Shown here one piece after another: positions 23,700 to 37,265 of a stretch of 64,000 nt of DNA (position 1 is its first letter; every line of letters begins with the position of its first letter). The stretch lies in NCBI RefSeq assembly GCF_009914755.1, contig NC_060940.1; one strand, given 5' to 3'. Source of the stretch: the human T2T-CHM13v2.0 reference genome, Homo sapiens. The notes below the pieces were generated by a model. It saw only the letters and a program-made list of their open reading frames with translations, had not been told where the DNA came from and did no database searches. Position numbers and translations under genes: made by a program.

Positions 23700-26085
23700 A
23701 TACTAAGACACTTTCAACCTTAGCATGTCCAGTGCTCAAATCCTGTCTGATGGTGCTTTTATACTGGGCTTGGAAGAAGCATTGGATAGCAGGAGGTATA
23801 TAATCTAAGTGATAATTTTTATTTGCATTTGTAAGAGATTGCTCGGCTTAATTTTTATATTCCCGTGATTTAGTGGAGGAAAAGGAGAAGAAGGCAAAAA
23901 CTAAGCCTTTTGTTGAACTCCAATAAGGCCTCTTCCATCCCTGCTGTCTGGAATAGCTTGGGATGGGGCATGTGTTCTGTTCCAGGTAGAGTGTGGCGTT
24001 TTCTTTTATGTAAGTGTCTCGTAGGGACAGATCTGCCTGCTTTGCATCTTGGAAGGATAAGCAGGTATGAACAAGCCTGGTGGCCCCAGGACGTGGCAAG
24101 GTGTGCATACCTACATGACACTGAATGTCCTCAGCAAACCTGGGTGTTTTTGCAATTCCCTGTGTTTTAGAGCCTATGAACTATGTAGGGGTGTCCAATT
24201 CAGCAAGCATCGTTCCGGTGCCCGAAAAGATGTTCTGTTTCTAGGAAAAATCTGAAAAGCTCATCATTCAGATTGAGAAGGAGACAGATTGAGAGGGAGT
24301 GTCTGTTAGAGGCAGCATTTTAATGTCCACTTGTTTCTACTGGAATCTTTGTGGGAGTTCTGTGTTCCAAAGCCCAATGTGCTGTCTAGGTTATAGGTTA
24401 AACTCAGGAGCTATATTTTGTTGTGGATGCATGGACAGGGAGGTGCTAAAAGTCAAACATCATCATATTCAATGATTAGAATTGCATCTCATTCCTCACT
24501 GAAACCCCTTCATGGAAGAACATTTGTTCTAACAGTCATTTCTTTAAAAGGAAACATTCTGGTCTTTAAGGAGGTAGGGTATTGGATATATATTTTAAAA
24601 TTTCCACTAAGGTGCGTTTTCCAAAATTCCTATTTTATATATATGTGTGTATATACTTGTATGTTTGCATATTTATATGCACACATGTGAATATATATCC
24701 ATATGTACAACATTCATATTTATATATAAATGAATAAATTCAGCCTTTGTTTTTCTCCATATCTGAAATTAAGTAAAGAAGATCTAATTTACAAAATAAT
24801 ATTAATCGTCATAAATTGAGCTTCTGCACCTTGTGATCTTTGCAAATTATCTTTAGATGTTCTAATTTCTTTCTTGTTCCCTCTTTCTCATTAATCTCTT
24901 CCCAGCCAGCTCCCTCCATCTCCTCTTCCAACCCTTTCTTGCCTCTCTCTGCCCACACAGACTTGAAGAACCAGTTTCTCTCCTTGCCTTTACTCCAAAA
25001 TCATAAACTTAAACCAAAACACATGGCCCAGAACAGGGTGCTGTCTTCAGTTTCCTTTTGCCTTCTCCTGATACTTTCTTGTTAGTTTTGGATTCTGCCC
25101 TGCAAACCCCAAGAGCACACTTTCTAGGTATGGAGAAAATAGGGTGTTTTTCCCCCCCACCTCAGCAGAATCTTGCTGAGTGTGTGGGATGCACCAACTC
25201 AGTGGTGCAAGATTTGATTGGAAGCAGCTGACGAGCCCCAGCCATCTGGTGAGTGTGCTCACCAAACAGCCTGTCCCTTGTGGTTGCTTAAGAAAAACAT
25301 TTGTAGTCTCTGGGTCACACTGCTTCTCTTTTGTTCTCTTAAATGTTGAATTTAGGCTTGCCTTTATCCCGGAAAGACGGGACAAGGCAAATAGAAAGAG
25401 GGCTGCAAGCTCATGGGAGAGACTCCAGGTCTGTGCACCACTGCGACCTCATATCTAAACATTGACCTTCTAGACCCTTCCCTTTAGTGCACATGGGGAT
25501 TTATAATCCCGTCCTGCCCTTCACAGATCATTGTCTTGGGGTCTTTTATAAGGCAGAGCTTTGGTGTTACCTTGTATTAGGGCCACCTCCCTGTTCTTTT
25601 TCAGGAGACTTTAAGCTCCCTGAAGCGAGGCACTTGCTCTGATCAGAGACTGACACAGGGTTACCAGTTAATACATATTTTTAGGATACTTCAATGCATA
25701 AGTGAGTGTTGCCTCTTTTCTCAGCCTCTCCAACCTACTTAGAAATGGAGAAGGGAGGTTTGACCAAAGGACACAGACTTGATTTTGGAAGTCATGGATT
25801 CACTATGTCCCCAGCATTGTCCTTAAAGGACCGCCTTCCTCAGAAGGTACCAAGATTTGCTCTGGGGACTTCCAATGTCAAAGGTACCCTTAGGTTACGG
25901 ATGCTCCTACTGGCCAGATGGGCTCCAGTCTCAGGGAGTGAATGAACATGCAAAAGAACTCTCCTCCTGAACATTTGGCTGGCTGGGGCCCCCCTTTAAC
26001 CTGGTCATGGTAGTGAGAGCTTGGCATGTGGGCAGTAAGGCAGGCCTCTGTTTGCTATACGCATTCTTGAAGTTTATTAAAAATT

Positions 26086-26720
26086 TATTTTTATATTTTT
26101 TATTAATAAACTAAGAACAGTTTTAGATTTACCGAAAAATTGGGCAGATAGTAGTGAGTTCTCATATTACCTGTTTCCCTCCCCCTGCACACAGTTTTCA
26201 TTATTAATATATTAGTGTGGCGCATCTGTTACAATCAGCAAACTGATATCAATACATTGTTATTAACTAAAGTCCCTAATTTATTCAGATTTCCATGTTT
26301 TTTCCCCTAATATCCTTTCTCTATTCCAGGATCCAATCCAATATTCTACATTCCAGTTAGTTGCTGTATCTCCTTAGACTACTATGAGCTGGGACAGGTT
26401 CTCAGACTTTCCTTGCTTTTGATGACATTGACAGTTTTGAGACATACTGGCCAGTTATTTTCTAAATGTCCCACCACTGGAATTTTTTCTGATGACTTTC
26501 TCATGATTGAACTGCATTTAAGGGATCTTGGGAGAAAGACTCCAGAGGTAAAATGCCCTTCTCATCACACCACATCAAGGGCACATACTATCAACATGAT
26601 TTGAAATTGTTGCCATTGACCTGGATTACCTGGCTGAAGTATTGTTTGCCAGGTTTTCCCACTGTACAGTAACTCATGTCCCCTACCTTCTATACTGTAC
26701 TCTTTGGAAGAGAGTCACTA
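26086..26720 (-). mobile_element. Old L1 3' end (L1MC3/4-like)
   Basis: aacagttttagatttaccgaaaaattg...ttattaactaaagtcc...ttccaggatcc...cctggctgaagt, typical L1MC 3'UTR. Confidence 0.75.
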
Positions 26721-26856
26721 TAGCATATGGATTTTTGTTCTCCACTGTGAGTACCATGATGTCATTTCTCGAGGGTGTGTATTGCAATAGTTTTATGTGG
26801 TCTTATATATGTACATCTCCCTATACAGAGAATGGATTCTCTATGTGTTTTTGATA

Positions 26857-26904
26857 TTAGGTTGGTGCAAAAGTAATTGCAGTTTTTTGCCATTAAAAGC
26901 AATG
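26857..26904. mobile_element. Half MADE1 (Hsmar1 mariner-derived MITE)
   Basis: ttaggttggtgcaaaagtaattgcagttttttgccattaaaagcaatg is one Hsmar1 terminal inverted repeat (TIR) plus the spacer. The second arm is missing. Confidence 0.9.
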
Positions 26905-27139
26905 CTTTGCACATTTTACAAAATACAGAGTTATGAGCAAGATTAGTTGTGTGGGTATGTGTGCATTTGTGTGTGTGTGTGTACGTATGTGTGTATTGTG
27001 AGGTCATAATTACATGCAAAACTTAATAGATTTATTTCTGTTACATTTTAAGAAAAAAAGATATGGTTACCCTGTATGTACCTATTTCTTTTAGAGTATA
27101 TTTAGCTAAGAAAAAGATGGCTAAGTTGACAAGAGTGAT

Positions 27140-27490
27140 GTAATAATAATAGCAACCTCTGACATTTATCAGGTGCTTAGTAGGACCAGTCCTGCGCCAA
27201 AGATTTTACATGCGTCTTATTTGATCTTATTTCAACCTTTGAGATAGCTGAGTGGCTTTGGATCATCCACTTAAATGCCCTATTCTTCCATTTCCTCATC
27301 AATTATATGGAAACTAGAGAAATATCTACCTTATGAAATTTTTATGTGGAATGAATGGGCTTGTATGTGTGTGAGTCTCAGATAACTTAATAACCAGCCC
27401 AAGGTCACGCAGTTAATAAATGGGAGAACTGTGGCTCAAATCCAAGTGCAAATCATTCCATATCCATGTTTGTGAACACCCTACTGTATG
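27140..27490. mobile_element. MIR cluster (minus-strand MIR interrupted by a plus-strand MIR piece)
   Basis: ccatttcctcatc (plus-strand core) lies between gacatttatcaggtgctta and cccaaggtcacgcagtta (minus-strand pieces). Confidence 0.55.
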
Positions 27491-29625
27491 CTGTAGGTCC
27501 TCCTGGATAAAGTACCATCACATTTGAGTTATTCTGGAAAAGGAAGGAGTAGGAAAGGATGATACCGGGGACCCAAGGACGCAGTTTTCTGTTTCTTCCT
27601 ATCACCACATAATTTTGGGGTAGGGTTGGCCGTGAATCAGAAGCATCTGTTGAATGGGTTTTTCATGAACTGTGCTTTTATTTTCTCTTCTCAGAAGAAC
27701 ATCCTAGCACATCCGAAGACCATGACTTTAAAGCTGCTTTATTTTATTCCCTCCTAAAAGCTGAATTTGTGGAAACTTCTGAGTGAACACTCATCTCCTT
27801 CTTCCCTTGTTTGATGAGTTGTTGGTCAGTCTTCAAAGAGCCCATCTTCCTTGAAAGTATGATATGCCTCTGTCACTAGTTTGATTTGGAGAATTGCAAC
27901 CACTGGGCATGAAGCTTAGATGTACCTTGAACTTGAAATGATCTCAAAAAATTCCAAGATTGGTGTGTAAACTACTATCACCCCTGTGGGGTTATTATGT
28001 TGACTTGTTTTAATTTTATAAAACTCCTCAGAGATGGGGAAGGAAATCATCCTTCACCTTCTATTGCTGAAAAGCATGCTGCAGGAAAAAAATGATGATT
28101 CTTGCCAAAGATGCTAGGGACAAAATTTCTCCTTGGAAACCCTGAGAAGCAGAAGTCCTTTCTCTTTCTGGGCAATCTCAAGGTAGCGTGAGTTGTAAAT
28201 ACAAACTGGTTTTAACTGTCCTCCTGAGTGGCCTTGCAACCCATGACCAGAACTGGTCAAAGATTTTTATTTCACCCAACCACAGGGAGGAACATGAAGG
28301 CACGGTCACTAGGTGTTTAATCAGCAGGTGAATTCAAGCCTTTAATTCTTTGTATACTGCAGTCAATAGAAAGTTATTGCTTAATTAACCCCTTTGATGA
28401 ATACCTGATAATTAATAAACCCATAAAGTATACCCTAAGGCTTTAAGTTGAAGAAGGCTCCCCTCTTCAAGTGGAAAAGAGAAGAAGAAGAAAAAAAAAA
28501 CATGCTGAACTAATGGGAAAAAATTCCAGTAGAAGGCAAAGCAATTAGGATTAGTGAATTCCATTTCATTTAAAGGTGCAAGATAGAGGAGCCATTTATC
28601 TAACAAATTAATAATGGGAGTGACTTGCCTAATATAGTAACAAGTCCTTATATTTTATTAGTGGAAATCCAAACCAAGTAATTTAATGATAGACAAGTTT
28701 CCATATATATAATTTTTTAAGGCTTTTTAAAAAAATTGTCACCATACTCAGATAGTTTTAGATTTATGCATTGCCTCTAAATTAGTCCCCACTTCAGTTT
28801 GGAATGATACTTTTAATATTATGGCTTTGTAGAAAAATCAATATTTTTTTAGTGTTTTCTTTCATTTTAAAGAGCTTCGTCATCTGGCTAATTGTGTCAC
28901 CATAAAAAAAAAATAGAAGAGTTGAGGAGGTGGTTCATATTTCGCAAGTATCATTAAATTTGCCGTGTGTTACAAATGGGGTCTACTGGGGGCTGTTGAA
29001 TGCTGGAGCTGTGGGGCAGAGCAGAAGGGAAGGTATTAATGTAGGGCTGCTAAAGAAATCTCTCGTTCTAAATTGAGAGAAAATATGAAATATATCCTGA
29101 AAAGTGTTTGCAGTAGCAATAGCATGACAGAGATCCACTGTGGTCTTGAGTTCTCATGGAGCCTCTGGGGTTTGCTTGATACCCAAGGCAGGTGAGGAGG
29201 CCCTGAGACTTCTACCCCTCTGATCTTCTTCCCAGATAAGGAGGAATTTATTAATCATCCAGCAGATATTTACTGTGCCTCTGCTGTATGTCAGATATTT
29301 GATGCTAGTCCTTGCCTTACCTGCAAACCAATGGGGGAGCAACTACAATAGCCTCACATGGCCTCTGCTCTCAAAGTTTGCCTCTGCATTAAATTCCTAG
29401 AGAAGAATATGCTTCAGTATGGGGAAGGGCAAGAGCACTAGTCGAGGGACATATAGTTCAAAAAAATCAAAGATTTTGGAGAAAAGCACAATGGCACCCA
29501 AGTTCTATCGGCCATGACCTTGCACAGGGCTGAGCCTCAGCTTCTGTAACCTGCAAAACAGGTATTTTCCACATAGACTAGTTATTGTGCTGTACATTAA
29601 ATATGTGGTATATGGTGAACGCTTT

Positions 29626-29823
29626 GAAGTCCTGGAGAATAAAATGAGACTGCAGTGAAAATGTATTTTGAAAGTCAAAAAAATACAGTATCAATTTAAG
29701 ATACTAATAATTTTAGCAAATGGTGGGACAAATATATTGCTTGGAAGGCAGTTGAGATATATTTATTTATTTGCTAGCTACTCTATTTTGATGCCTCTTT
29801 CTTTTAATTTTGCCCAATGACTA
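29626..29823 (+). repeat. Local ~200-bp direct duplication, copy 1
   Basis: gaagtcctggagaataaaatgaga...ttttgcccaatgacta aligns end to end with 30662-30856. Confidence 0.92.
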
Positions 29824-30661
29824 ATAGCCTTTTTGAATTGCTTCTTTTCCACTTTCACTTTCTTTACATATGTAAAATCTTAGAGGGATCCCAAAGTGTT
29901 TAAATACCACCAGCACCAACAGTAATAATAACAGCTCAGCAGCACTAAGACTAAATACCATATCAGGCACCCTGTATAGATCTTTCTAAAATAGTTCTGA
30001 CAACCCTAAAAGAGCAATATTATTTAGCCCATTTTAGAGATAAAGAAACTAAGGCTCCGTCTTTCTGATATAATCTATTACAAAGACTTTTATTAGCAAT
30101 AGCGAATATTTGTAGAGTATTTATGACTATATGACAGGCGGTTGACATTTTCATCCTGTTTATTTCTCATTTAATCATTCAACAAATATTTACTGAATGC
30201 TGGGTATTCATAGTGGCCCAATCAGTATAGACTGGTCAACAGGAGAGAACTCATAAGCCCAGTCAGGAGATAGTATAGAACAACACTATGAGGTAGGTGC
30301 TTTTGTTATCTCTAGTTTATGTCCAAGAAAAGTGAAGATATGATTCGAATCCAGATACTTCACTTTTAACCATGACACCATATTGCCTCTGAGAAAAGTG
30401 CTTGGGATCAAGAGAATTGAGACACTGGGGATAGTATGGTTGAGATGAACCATCCTCCTCTGAGTCTATAAGAGAATTGGGCCTAGATAGTCAGTGTGAC
30501 TACAGAGCATTCCTTGCCTTCTCAGGAGGGGGACCAAGGCTCTAAGGCAGCAGCCCTAGTTCCTCCATTTGCCACTAATTACCATGTAATCTTGGTAAGC
30601 CCCTCAGTTTTGCTGTGCTTCCCTCATCAGCCAAATGGGGATAGCCACGCCTGACTTAGAA

Positions 30662-30856
30662 GAAGTCCTGGAGAATAAAATGAGATTGTAGTGAAAATGT
30701 GTTTTCAAAGTCAAAAAACACAGTATTGATCTAAGATACTAGTAATTATAGCAAATGATGGGAGAAATATATTGCTTGGAAGGCAGCTGAGATGCATTTA
30801 TTTATTTGCTGTTACTCTGTTTTGATGCATCTCTTTTTGGATTTTGCCCATGACTA
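30662..30856 (+). repeat. Local ~200-bp direct duplication, copy 2
   Basis: Same sequence as 29626-29823, roughly 85% identical by eye. Confidence 0.92.
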
Positions 30857-32419
30857 TTGATGACACATATATAAAAGAAAAATGCTCATTGAAATGGAAA
30901 ATAGAGACTTTAAACATGAAAGTTCAAGATAGATCAGATTGATTTTTTTCATTTTTTTTTTTTTTTTTTTTTTTTGCCTATTTCTGTTAGCAATAACTGG
31001 TCTTGTACTGCTAAGTATCTAGTTGAAAATACCTTAGCAGACACATTCTGCCTCTACCTAATAAATGAGACTGCCTATATAGACTGTCTGATAGTTGTAC
31101 AAAGGAATCAAATGCATATATCTTACCATACACAGGTACTCAAAGATCAATTGTATTCAATAATATAATGGATGTGTTTTTCATCTTTAAAATTCCTGCA
31201 AGAGTAGTTATTCTTCACAGATTGAATTAGCAAAGTAGGAACAGATGAAGTCAATTGTCAATTGTTCAAATGCAGGTACATATTATATAGACAGATCGAA
31301 ACCTTGGGGGCTGCTAATGTGAGAAGATAAATCCCTCCTCATAAAACGAGTATTAGTAGCAATCTGCACCAATGCCTTTAATTTCTCATATCCTTGTAAA
31401 TCTTCAGAGCTCGAATGAGGTGCTTACTTCCTATTACTTTATTCAGATCAGAAGGTTTAGAATAACCCTAAAAATATCTTTTTATTTTTTCAAACCTGCT
31501 TCATTTCATCCTCAAAAACACTGTAGCATCAACATTAAACAGAGCTAGTTAACAGGGGTTTTAAGAAAATTAAAGGTGTGGCCAAGTCTAGACATCCCAA
31601 AATAAGTGGATGGGGGATACAGGCTTTTGGTCCAGTTATTTCGGCCACCTTCTTAATGGACAATTTGGATCACTGCACAGTCAATCCGCTTAATTGCATC
31701 TGTGTTGGCCATTAAAACAAATTGAATGCGCTATGGCCAATTTGGTCATGTCATAAAGAAATGGCCAGTAGGGCCCACGGAGATGCAGAATTTCAGCCAT
31801 TATTCGATTATATCTGATCAGTGGAGACAGCTTGTATAGGGAATCCAGGAGCTAAAGTAGATCACACAGGAGCCCCCAGCCTACTTTGCCGACCATGTTA
31901 TTAGGATCCACTGTCGACAGCAACAAAATTGGCCAGGTGGTTGACAAAGCATCACTTTACTTTGTCCTGAGGAGAGAAAAGTCAGTGCCCCATGACTTTG
32001 CCTAAAATATCCCGTCAGCAAACCAACAGGTTGTCTTTTCCACTTTGAGTCCTGAGTAATTTGAGAAGTAGAGAAAAAAAATCTGAAATGTCCACTGTCG
32101 ATGACCTCTAGTGTTGGTGTAAAAATAGACCTTATGCTGCATCCTTTGTGATTAATGCTGGGTAAAGGTAATTTAAGAGGGGCCTAAGTTTCTTATTTTT
32201 TCAGATCTCGACTCCATGTACTTTACCTTTCCCTGCACCTCTGCTTGTCTGAGAGGTCTCAAGATCATCATTTGGGACCTCCATTTCTGCTGGGTCTGTC
32301 ATCTTAGATCGCCTTGATCTTGAGCATCTTTGTGAAGTTGAACAGGGGAATGGCCTTATTATGGGTATTTCTGGATTATACTCTATATATTTAAGCCATA
32401 ACATAAGGAATAACTGTGG

Positions 32420-32660
32420 GCCATATTTACTAAACATTTGATATATGTTAGGTGCTATCTGGCATTTTAAGTATATTGTCTTATCTAATCCTCATCTGAC
32501 CCTGTGAGGTAGGTTCTGGTGTGTTTACTGCGTGGATGAGGGAGCTGACACTTAAAATTGTAATTACTTGTCAAGGTCAAGGTCATTCAACAGGATCAGA
32601 ATCAAGACATAACCCCTGGTCCCTCTGGGTCCAAAGCTTGTAGTCTCAAATACCGTATCA
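32420..32660 (-). mobile_element. MIR SINE
   Basis: tctaatcctcatctgaccctgtgaggtagg...ttacttgtcaaggtca. Confidence 0.65.
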
Positions 32661-33258
32661 TCCTAAGCACCATTGATGATGACTCATTTCAGGCCGGCTT
32701 AAGGGATAAGCTTTCACCAATTTGTTCTTATAAATATTTACTGTTTTCAAACCATGTGTTAGGCATTGTGGGAGTACAGAGTTGAAAGAAACAGAGTCCT
32801 TGCTTCTAAGGAATGTACAACTAGTTGGGGAGATAAACTTTCAGTGTGACAGTATGAGTTGGGTGCGTTCGGTCTGAACAGACAGCAAAGCTCTTTCCTT
32901 GTTGCCTTGCTGAGTGACGAGCTAATCTGCTCACCAACTTCTGCTCCCTTAGCCTGTGAAGAGAAGAGTTCTCTGCCGGGGGTTCCCTGTTCTTCAGGAG
33001 CTTAGCAATGTGATAGAAACCAAAAAGGGGTCACCACCTGGAACCAACAGTGGAGGTTTTGTCACCATGCTAATGGGGCCAGAGACTGTGGGAATATAAA
33101 ACACTGACAGTGGCCCCTGAGAACCACTGTGCATGTGGCCAGGCAAGTGACGGCTGAGTCCTGGTGGATTGTGAGAAACCACGGGAAAATGGCTAGAGCC
33201 ACCTTATTCACTCCAGGCACCTTCTAGGAGTCAGTGGCCTTGGCATGATTTGATTAGA

Positions 33259-33695
33259 GGATAAAGAAAATGTGGCACATATATCCCATGAAATACTATG
33301 CAGCCATAAAAAAAGAACAAGATTATGTCCTTTGCGATAACATGGATGGAACTGGAGGCCATTATTCTAAACAAACTAACACAGGAAACAGAAAACCAAA
33401 TTCTTCATATTCTCACTTAAAAGTGGGTGCTAAACAATGAGTACACATGGACCTAAGAAGGGAACAACAGACACCGGTCCCTACTTGAGGGTGGAAGGTG
33501 GGAGGAGGGTGAGGATTAAAAAGCTACCTATTGGGTACTATGCTTATCACCTGGGTGACAACAAAATATGTACACCAAAGCCAACCACCAGCAGTTTACC
33601 TATATAACAAACCTGCACATAAACACCTCAACCTAAAATAAAAGTTAAAACAATCATAAATAAATACATAAAAGGCAAAAAAAAAAAAAAAAAAA
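33259..33695 (+). mobile_element. Older primate L1 3' end (L1PA13-16-like) with A tail
   Basis: ggataaagaaaatgtggcacatata...ctacttgagggtggaaggtgggaggagggtgagg...acctaaaataaaagttaaaa. Confidence 0.9.
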
Positions 33696-33979
33696 GAAGT
33701 GAAAAGAGCCATTATCCAAGAAGAAGAAGAAAAAGGAGGAAGAGAAGGAGACTGTATTTGGAAATATTCTCATGGAAAGAGATGAGACTTGCTTCTTACC
33801 TCCATCCTCATATCCTATTTGTTCCTCCTAGGGACCCTATCACCTTATCCATTTCTTCTTTGTCAATCCAAATTCTAGCCACCAAAAGCAAATCGCCTCA
33901 CCTCCTTTGTAACAATTTTTCTGATCATCTCAAGGAGAATGGTTGGAACATGTCTTCTCATTCTTTCTGAGTTCCTCAT

Positions 33980-34070
33980 TTTCATTCATTCATTCAGTCA
34001 ATCAGTCAGTCTGTCAACAAATACTGAGTGCCCAATGGATGCGGACCATTGTGCTAGGTCTACAGCACTG
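33980..34070 (-). mobile_element. L2 3' end
   Basis: ttcattcattcattca...caacaaatactgagtgcc...attgtgctagg. Confidence 0.65.
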
Positions 34071-34986
34071 AATCAGTGTTTGCTCATTCAGTCACCCACT
34101 GACTTCTTACTCCAACAGCCATCCTTAAAAGTGATTTTTGGATGAGGAGAATCTAACATATGCAAGATCACAGTGCGGCATAGACAACAACTGTATATGC
34201 TAAACCTAGATTCACAGAGTATTGGTATAAACTCATGACATAAGAGAAGACCCAAGTCCAAAGAAACTTCGGTTAATAGAAGAGAGTAGAAAGGGCATTT
34301 TGCATGTACTGGAGGAGCTAGGATTCTCTAACTGGTTCAGCTATTTGTTTTAGAAAAGAAAACATGAAGGAGAATATGTAAGCAGTAATAGTTTCTTAGC
34401 ACAATATCATGACAGGTGGACTACGCCAGTCCAGATGCCTTCTGGAACTGGAGAGGGGAGCTTTTAGGAGTGCATAAAGGCCTTTATGACAGACATTAAG
34501 TTTCAGAAAGAGAAAACATTTCGCCATTTTAGGACTTATTCCAAAGAAACACCATATAGCCAAATAATTTTGGAGACCATTTAAAAGAAGAAGACTGTTC
34601 CGATATGATGGTATCCACAGAAGACAGGTCTGAAAGTAAATAAAAGATGGTAGAATCAATGAAGTCATTTCAAAAGATCAAAAGGAGAAGAAAAAATAGT
34701 GCACATGGCAGAAATAGAAATACAGGGGCACTAATAAAGTATTTGGACTCAGTGGGAGCAGATGAGACAGGTCTCTGCTTGGAGAATTAGATTTGAAAAG
34801 AGGAATAACGAGAAAGGGAGATGACAAGATAGACTTATATCAGGTGGGTTGTTGTATGGAGACACCAAGAGAAGGATGCTGGTTAGAGGTTGAGTGTTGG
34901 GAGAGTGGAAGCTGAATCAAGGGCAGTGAATGAGAGTATGTATTAGTTCCAAGGCTATTAAAATAACAGTTTCCATGCCATTTCCT

Positions 34987-35628
34987 CCACCACTACCATC
35001 ACCACTGCCATCACCACCACAATAACAACTATCACCATCATTATCATCGCCACCATTATCATCACCACCGTCACTGCCATAACTACTATTACTACCACCA
35101 TCACCATCACCACCACCACCACTACTATTAACATCACTAGCATCATTGCCACAATTACTATTGCTACCATCATCACCACCACTATCACCATCACCGTTAC
35201 TACCACAACCACCATCATGCTCACTATCATCATTGCTACAACTACTATTTCTACTACCATCACCATCACCACCATCACTACCACCATCACCATCATTACT
35301 ACCACCATCACCACCACCACCAGCACTGTCATGCTCACTGGCACCATTGTCACACCTATTATAACCACCATCCCCACCATCACAGCCACCATCATCACCA
35401 CCATCATTGCCACAACTATTACAGCCACCATCACCATCACCACCACCACTACCACCATCATCATTACCACCACCATTATCACTACTACCAGCACCATCAT
35501 CATCACTACCACCACCACCATCAACATCATCATTGCCATGACTACTATTACTACCAAAATCACCATCACCATGACCACTATTGCCATCATCAGTTTTATC
35601 ACCATCATCACCATTAGCACTACCACCC
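34987..35628. repeat. Degenerate (ACC/ATC/ACT)n triplet repeat, ~640 bp
   Basis: Continuous accatcaccacc-type triplets. They generate the V/M-rich and T/I-rich ORFs. Confidence 0.97.
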
Positions 35629-35651
35629 CCAAATTATTGCTCCTTTGCAGG

Positions 35652-35925
35652 TAGAGACAACTGTACTTCTTTCTTTCTGATTTGAATGCCTTTTATTTCT
35701 TTCTCCTGTGTAACTATTCTGGCTACGACCTCCAGTACTACACTGAATGCCAGTGGTGACTGTGGGCATCTTTGTCTTGTCCTGATCTTAGAGGGGAAAA
35801 GCTTCTAGCTTTGCACTGTTGAACATGATGCTAGGTGTGGCTTGTCATATATGGCCTTTATTATGTCGACATACATTGTTGTTGCACCTGATTTGGTGAG
35901 AGCTTTTGTCAGGAAAGGAGATGAT
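35652..35925 (-). mobile_element. L1M ORF2 (RT region) fragment
   Basis: Minus-strand translation YVDIIKAIYDKP resembles ORF2p YLKIIRAIYDKP. Also gggcatctttgtcttgtcctgatcttagagggga. Confidence 0.85.
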
Positions 35926-37044
35926 CTTTGAATGGCTGCTATTTTCGTGGACTCTTTGGCTCTCTCTGGATGCAGCTTAAGTCTGCAGTAAGGACTCTGA
36001 TGAGTGAATTCTATGCAGCTTGACATTCTTGTCTGAATAATAAAAGTTCTGCAAACAGGCGGCTCCAGTAATCTGTTTATTATCATTTCTCTTTCCTAGT
36101 TAGAATTTATCGTTTTTCATGTGTGTGAAAAGGAGTCTCTTCATCGTTTCTAGGCTATGCTATACTTCTGTATCCAGAAACTCTGACTTAGAGAGCCTGG
36201 GAGATGTGAGAGCATTTGACAGAAATATAAGTTAATGAAAAGAATATTTAATCTAATTTTTTAGATGGGAACACTGAGACCCAAGAACTTGGAATGTCTA
36301 CACCTAACTGCAAGTGAATTTTTTAAAAGAGTTTATATTACGTGCCTCATGGAGACTTAGAAGACTTACATCTCTTAATGTTTTGAGATTGACCAATCTT
36401 AAGTTAGAGTTGTTTCCAAGAAGAGGAAAAAATAAATGATCAACCTCTCTAGCAGATAGATAGTCACAGGTTTCCTATAACACAATTTAAAGGAATCACA
36501 ATTTGTAAATGCACAGATTACAAAAGGACTATTCATCTTATAAACCAAGATGCTGTAGAACTAATTTCAATTAAAGTTTTGCAAGTGAATTTTAAATCAC
36601 ATCGAATTAAGCAAGAATCAATTTACATGCAACTTCTAGCAAAGAAATTACTATGTAGAGTAAGAGACACCTGTTAACTTCACTACCCGAAACCCATTGC
36701 CATGATTTTTACCCACCACATTTTCTTAGGACAAAGTGTTAAAAGATTGGCATCTTTGATTTCAAGCTGTTTCCGGGACCCCTTTGAAGAGTAAAGATGT
36801 TTTTATAGCTTCAGTTGTGTGTGTGTGTTTGTGTATGTGTGTTATGTGTTTGGCAATAGGAATATTTCAGGATGAATCTCTAAGCTGATAGAGTTCAGAA
36901 GAGCAGGATATTCTGAGAGGGTTTTCTGTCTCTCTGAGTCAATAAAAAATCAGGCTATAGTTCTCTTCTTTCATCATCTAGAAAATAGAGAACATTATTT
37001 GTCTTTTAATCCTTTGTAAAGATAAAAAGTGGGTAAAAAGGTAA

Positions 37045-37265
37045 GGGTTAGGGTCAAGAGACCTGTATTCAAGGTCTGTGCTCTGTCACTTACAGGCTAG
37101 TTAATCATGGATGAGTCCCTTAACTTCTCTGAATCTTAGTTTTCTTATCTATGAAATAGGGTTAACTCTTGGTGCCATTAGGATTAAGTGAGAATGTACT
37201 AATGTTCAAAGAGTACGTAAAAGTCGAACATAGTGCCTGACATAAAATTGATACTCAATAAACTA
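37045..37265 (+). mobile_element. MIR SINE
   Basis: ccttaacttctctgaatcttagttttcttatctatgaaataggg...atagtgcctgacata. Confidence 0.75.

Noticed and set aside
34958-35654. 224-aa V/M-rich and 145-aa T/I-rich (mucin-like) ORFs
   Set aside because: They are by-products of a triplet repeat that cannot encode stops in those frames. There is no supporting gene structure.
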